Of a DNA stretch of 64,000 nucleotides, positions 62,488-64,000 are shown piece after piece (the first letter of the stretch is position 1; the number at the start of each line of letters is the position of its first letter). The stretch comes from an uncultured Nitrososphaerales archaeon (GTDB lineage Archaea > Thermoproteota > Nitrososphaeria > Nitrososphaerales > Nitrososphaeraceae), in the NCBI GenBank assembly GCA_963695855.1, contig CAVOHZ010000003.1, positions 160,001 through 224,000 of the forward strand, written 5' to 3'. The notes below the pieces were generated by a model that did no database searches, was not told the DNA's origin, and saw nothing but the letters and a program-made list of their open reading frames with translations. The translations under genes and the position numbers were made by a program.

Positions 62488-63315
62488 TTATTCGCTAGCA
62501 GAGTCGTCATTATTATCTTTGTTATCTTTGTTATCTTTGTTATCTTTGTTATCTTTGTTATCTTTGTTATCTTTTTTATCTTTTTTATCTTTTTTATCTT
62601 TTTTATCTTCGTCTCCATCGTCGGCAGCTTGGCCTGTAGGAGGAGATTGTTGTGCCTCAGCTATTGGTGCAGGACCGATAGAATCAAAAGTTTCTGCTTG
62701 GAGAACATTACCCGTTACGGTATAGGTTGCAGCAAAAGGATCTCCATTTAAAGTATGCAAGGCTAGAGCATTGCCTGCAAATGGCAACGATGCAGCATTT
62801 ATTGGACCATTATATTGCGGTGTTATTAAACTAATAGCGACTGTTCCTTTTCCTAACGGTGCTGTTGCAAGACCTCCATAGAATGGATCAACTGCAGTAT
62901 TATTTGCAAAATTTTCTAATACGACTACCTCAACTGGTTTACTTGCAGTATATGTAAGAGTTCCCTCGTAAATAGATCCATCGGCTCTTGGTGGTAGGAG
63001 AATAGCTAATTGATGTGCTTCATGACCAGGAAGTGGATCTTGTGTAGAAGTTACCGTTCCTTGTTGAGCAAATGAACCACCTGTCTCTACAGATGATGCT
63101 TTTGGCTCTGGTATGGCAGGAACAGCGGCGCCTTCGGTTGCATTAGCAGTGCCTTGTGTTGCATTAGCAGTCCCTTCTGGTGCACTAATAGATTCAATTT
63201 CACTCTCTTGTGCAAGAATATTTGTAAAAGAAAATCCCACTATTTGTAGACTTAGAACTAAAAGTCCTAGAATAAATCCGGTCAGCATACTTGTATATGC
63301 TAATTTTTTCGACAT
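62488..63315 (-). CDS. Secreted protein with His-containing domain and (DKK)/(DNK) repeat tail
   Basis: Signal peptide from ATG 63315; QDPLPGHEAHQ..GTLTYTASKPVEV..GNALALH; repeat tail. Confidence 0.75.
   Translation of the reverse strand: MSKKLAYTSMLTGFILGLLVLSLQIVGFSFTNILAQESEIESISAPEGTANATQGTANATEGAAVPAIPEPKASSVETGGSFAQQGTVTSTQDPLPGHEAHQLAILLPPRADGSIYEGTLTYTASKPVEVVVLENFANNTAVDPFYGGLATAPLGKGTVAISLITPQYNGPINAASLPFAGNALALHTLNGDPFAATYTVTGNVLQAETFDSIGPAPIAEAQQSPPTGQAADDGDEDKKDKKDKKDKKDNKDNKDNKDNKDNKDNKDNNDDSASE
62513..62609. repeat. 9-bp coding tandem repeat (TTATCTTTG)6(TTATCTTTT)4 plus a partial unit
   Basis: Read directly; encodes DKK x4 and DNK x6 on the minus strand. Confidence 0.95.
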
Positions 63316-63516
63316 GATTAGAAGCTTGGATATACAGAATTTAAAGCTTTCTTCAGTAAAATTCTTCATATGAAAAAATAGCCAATAAGAATACTGACTG
63401 TGATGGTTAATAGAAATTGATTCATCTAGTCTGAAAAACTTCAAGTCGTAGGCATTAATTATATAAACCAAAAAAATTTATAATTTGTGATTTTATCGCT
63501 ATATTGAAAAAGAAAA

Positions 63517-63693
63517 TTAGATATGTTTTTCTACTGCTTCAATATGACATTCATGTCCCCTATGTTCTTTATTTAAAAGAGACATTTCTTCTTCTGTAAT
63601 AGGAAATCTTTCGGCATCGAGGTGAGACTCACCCTCCTTTTCTAATATTATTTTGTCACATTGATCACAGATTAATTGTAAAAATATCTTCAT
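63517..63693 (-). CDS. 58-aa putative metal-binding protein (absent from ORF track)
   Basis: MKIFLQLICDQCDK...EHRGHECHIEAVEKHI; ATG start and TAA stop. Confidence 0.7.
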   Translation of the reverse strand: MKIFLQLICDQCDKIILEKEGESHLDAERFPITEEEMSLLNKEHRGHECHIEAVEKHI

Positions 63694-63772
63694 ATTAAAA
63701 ATATTAAAAATATATAATATAATAGTTATTAAAAAAAATAACTTTTATTACTTTAAACAATTTATTTTGTTG

Positions 63773-63919
63773 ATGGACAGTAAAACTTGTGGCTATTGTG
63801 GAAAATTATTTTTTGATCTGGGGTGGCCCCATATTGAAGGAGACTCAAATAGAGGAGTCCTTAAAATCGAACATTTTTGTTCGGAAGAACATAAAGATCT
63901 TTTTTTAGGCTCTAAATAA
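63773..63919 (+). CDS. 48-aa TRASH/YHS-like metal-binding protein (absent from ORF track)
   Basis: MDSKTCGYCGK...HFCSEEHK; divergent from the previous small ORF. Confidence 0.65.
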   Translation: MDSKTCGYCGKLFFDLGWPHIEGDSNRGVLKIEHFCSEEHKDLFLGSK

Positions 63920-64000
63920 TAGCACTAGAATTTAGAAAAAAAACATAATAGACGAATTAAAGTGTGACATGAATATAATTAGACTACCCTTCTTACAAGG

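Noticed and set aside
62436-62751. Repetitive ORFs (KIT, VIF and LSL repeats)
   Set aside because: Alternative frames of the 9-bp tandem repeat.
1-64000. CRISPR array, rRNA genes, and the many short antisense ORFs inside housekeeping genes
   Set aside because: No repeat-spacer periodicity or rRNA sequence seen; the antisense ORFs are shadows of well-supported genes.

Overview
AT-rich archaeal chromosome segment from an ammonia-oxidising archaeon, most consistent with Nitrososphaerales (Nitrosocosmicus-like). The assignment is inferred from type IB topoisomerase, cofG/cofH/cofE, a membrane cupredoxin and AOA-type small proteins. Most of the window is housekeeping: proS, aspS, sufSU and sufBD, a hem/siroheme operon, radA-rpl21e-rpo4-DUF655-ksgA, and leuCD-like genes. 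It has four tRNAs: Tyr (two introns), Met, Glu and Gly. It also has four IS elements or remnants. Items absent from the ORF track include three box C/D-type sRNA candidates, one of which has a guide complementary to the adjacent tRNA-Glu, and two small metal-binding ORFs. Other points of interest are an uncharacterised wHTH/coiled-coil plus AAA+ ATPase gene pair, a divergent second hemB, a bacterial-type pgk, and frameshifts in a tRNA splicing endonuclease subunit and in geranylgeranyl reductase. All calls come from reading motifs by eye; no searches were run, and rRNA target sequences are recalled consensus rather than this organism's own rRNA.
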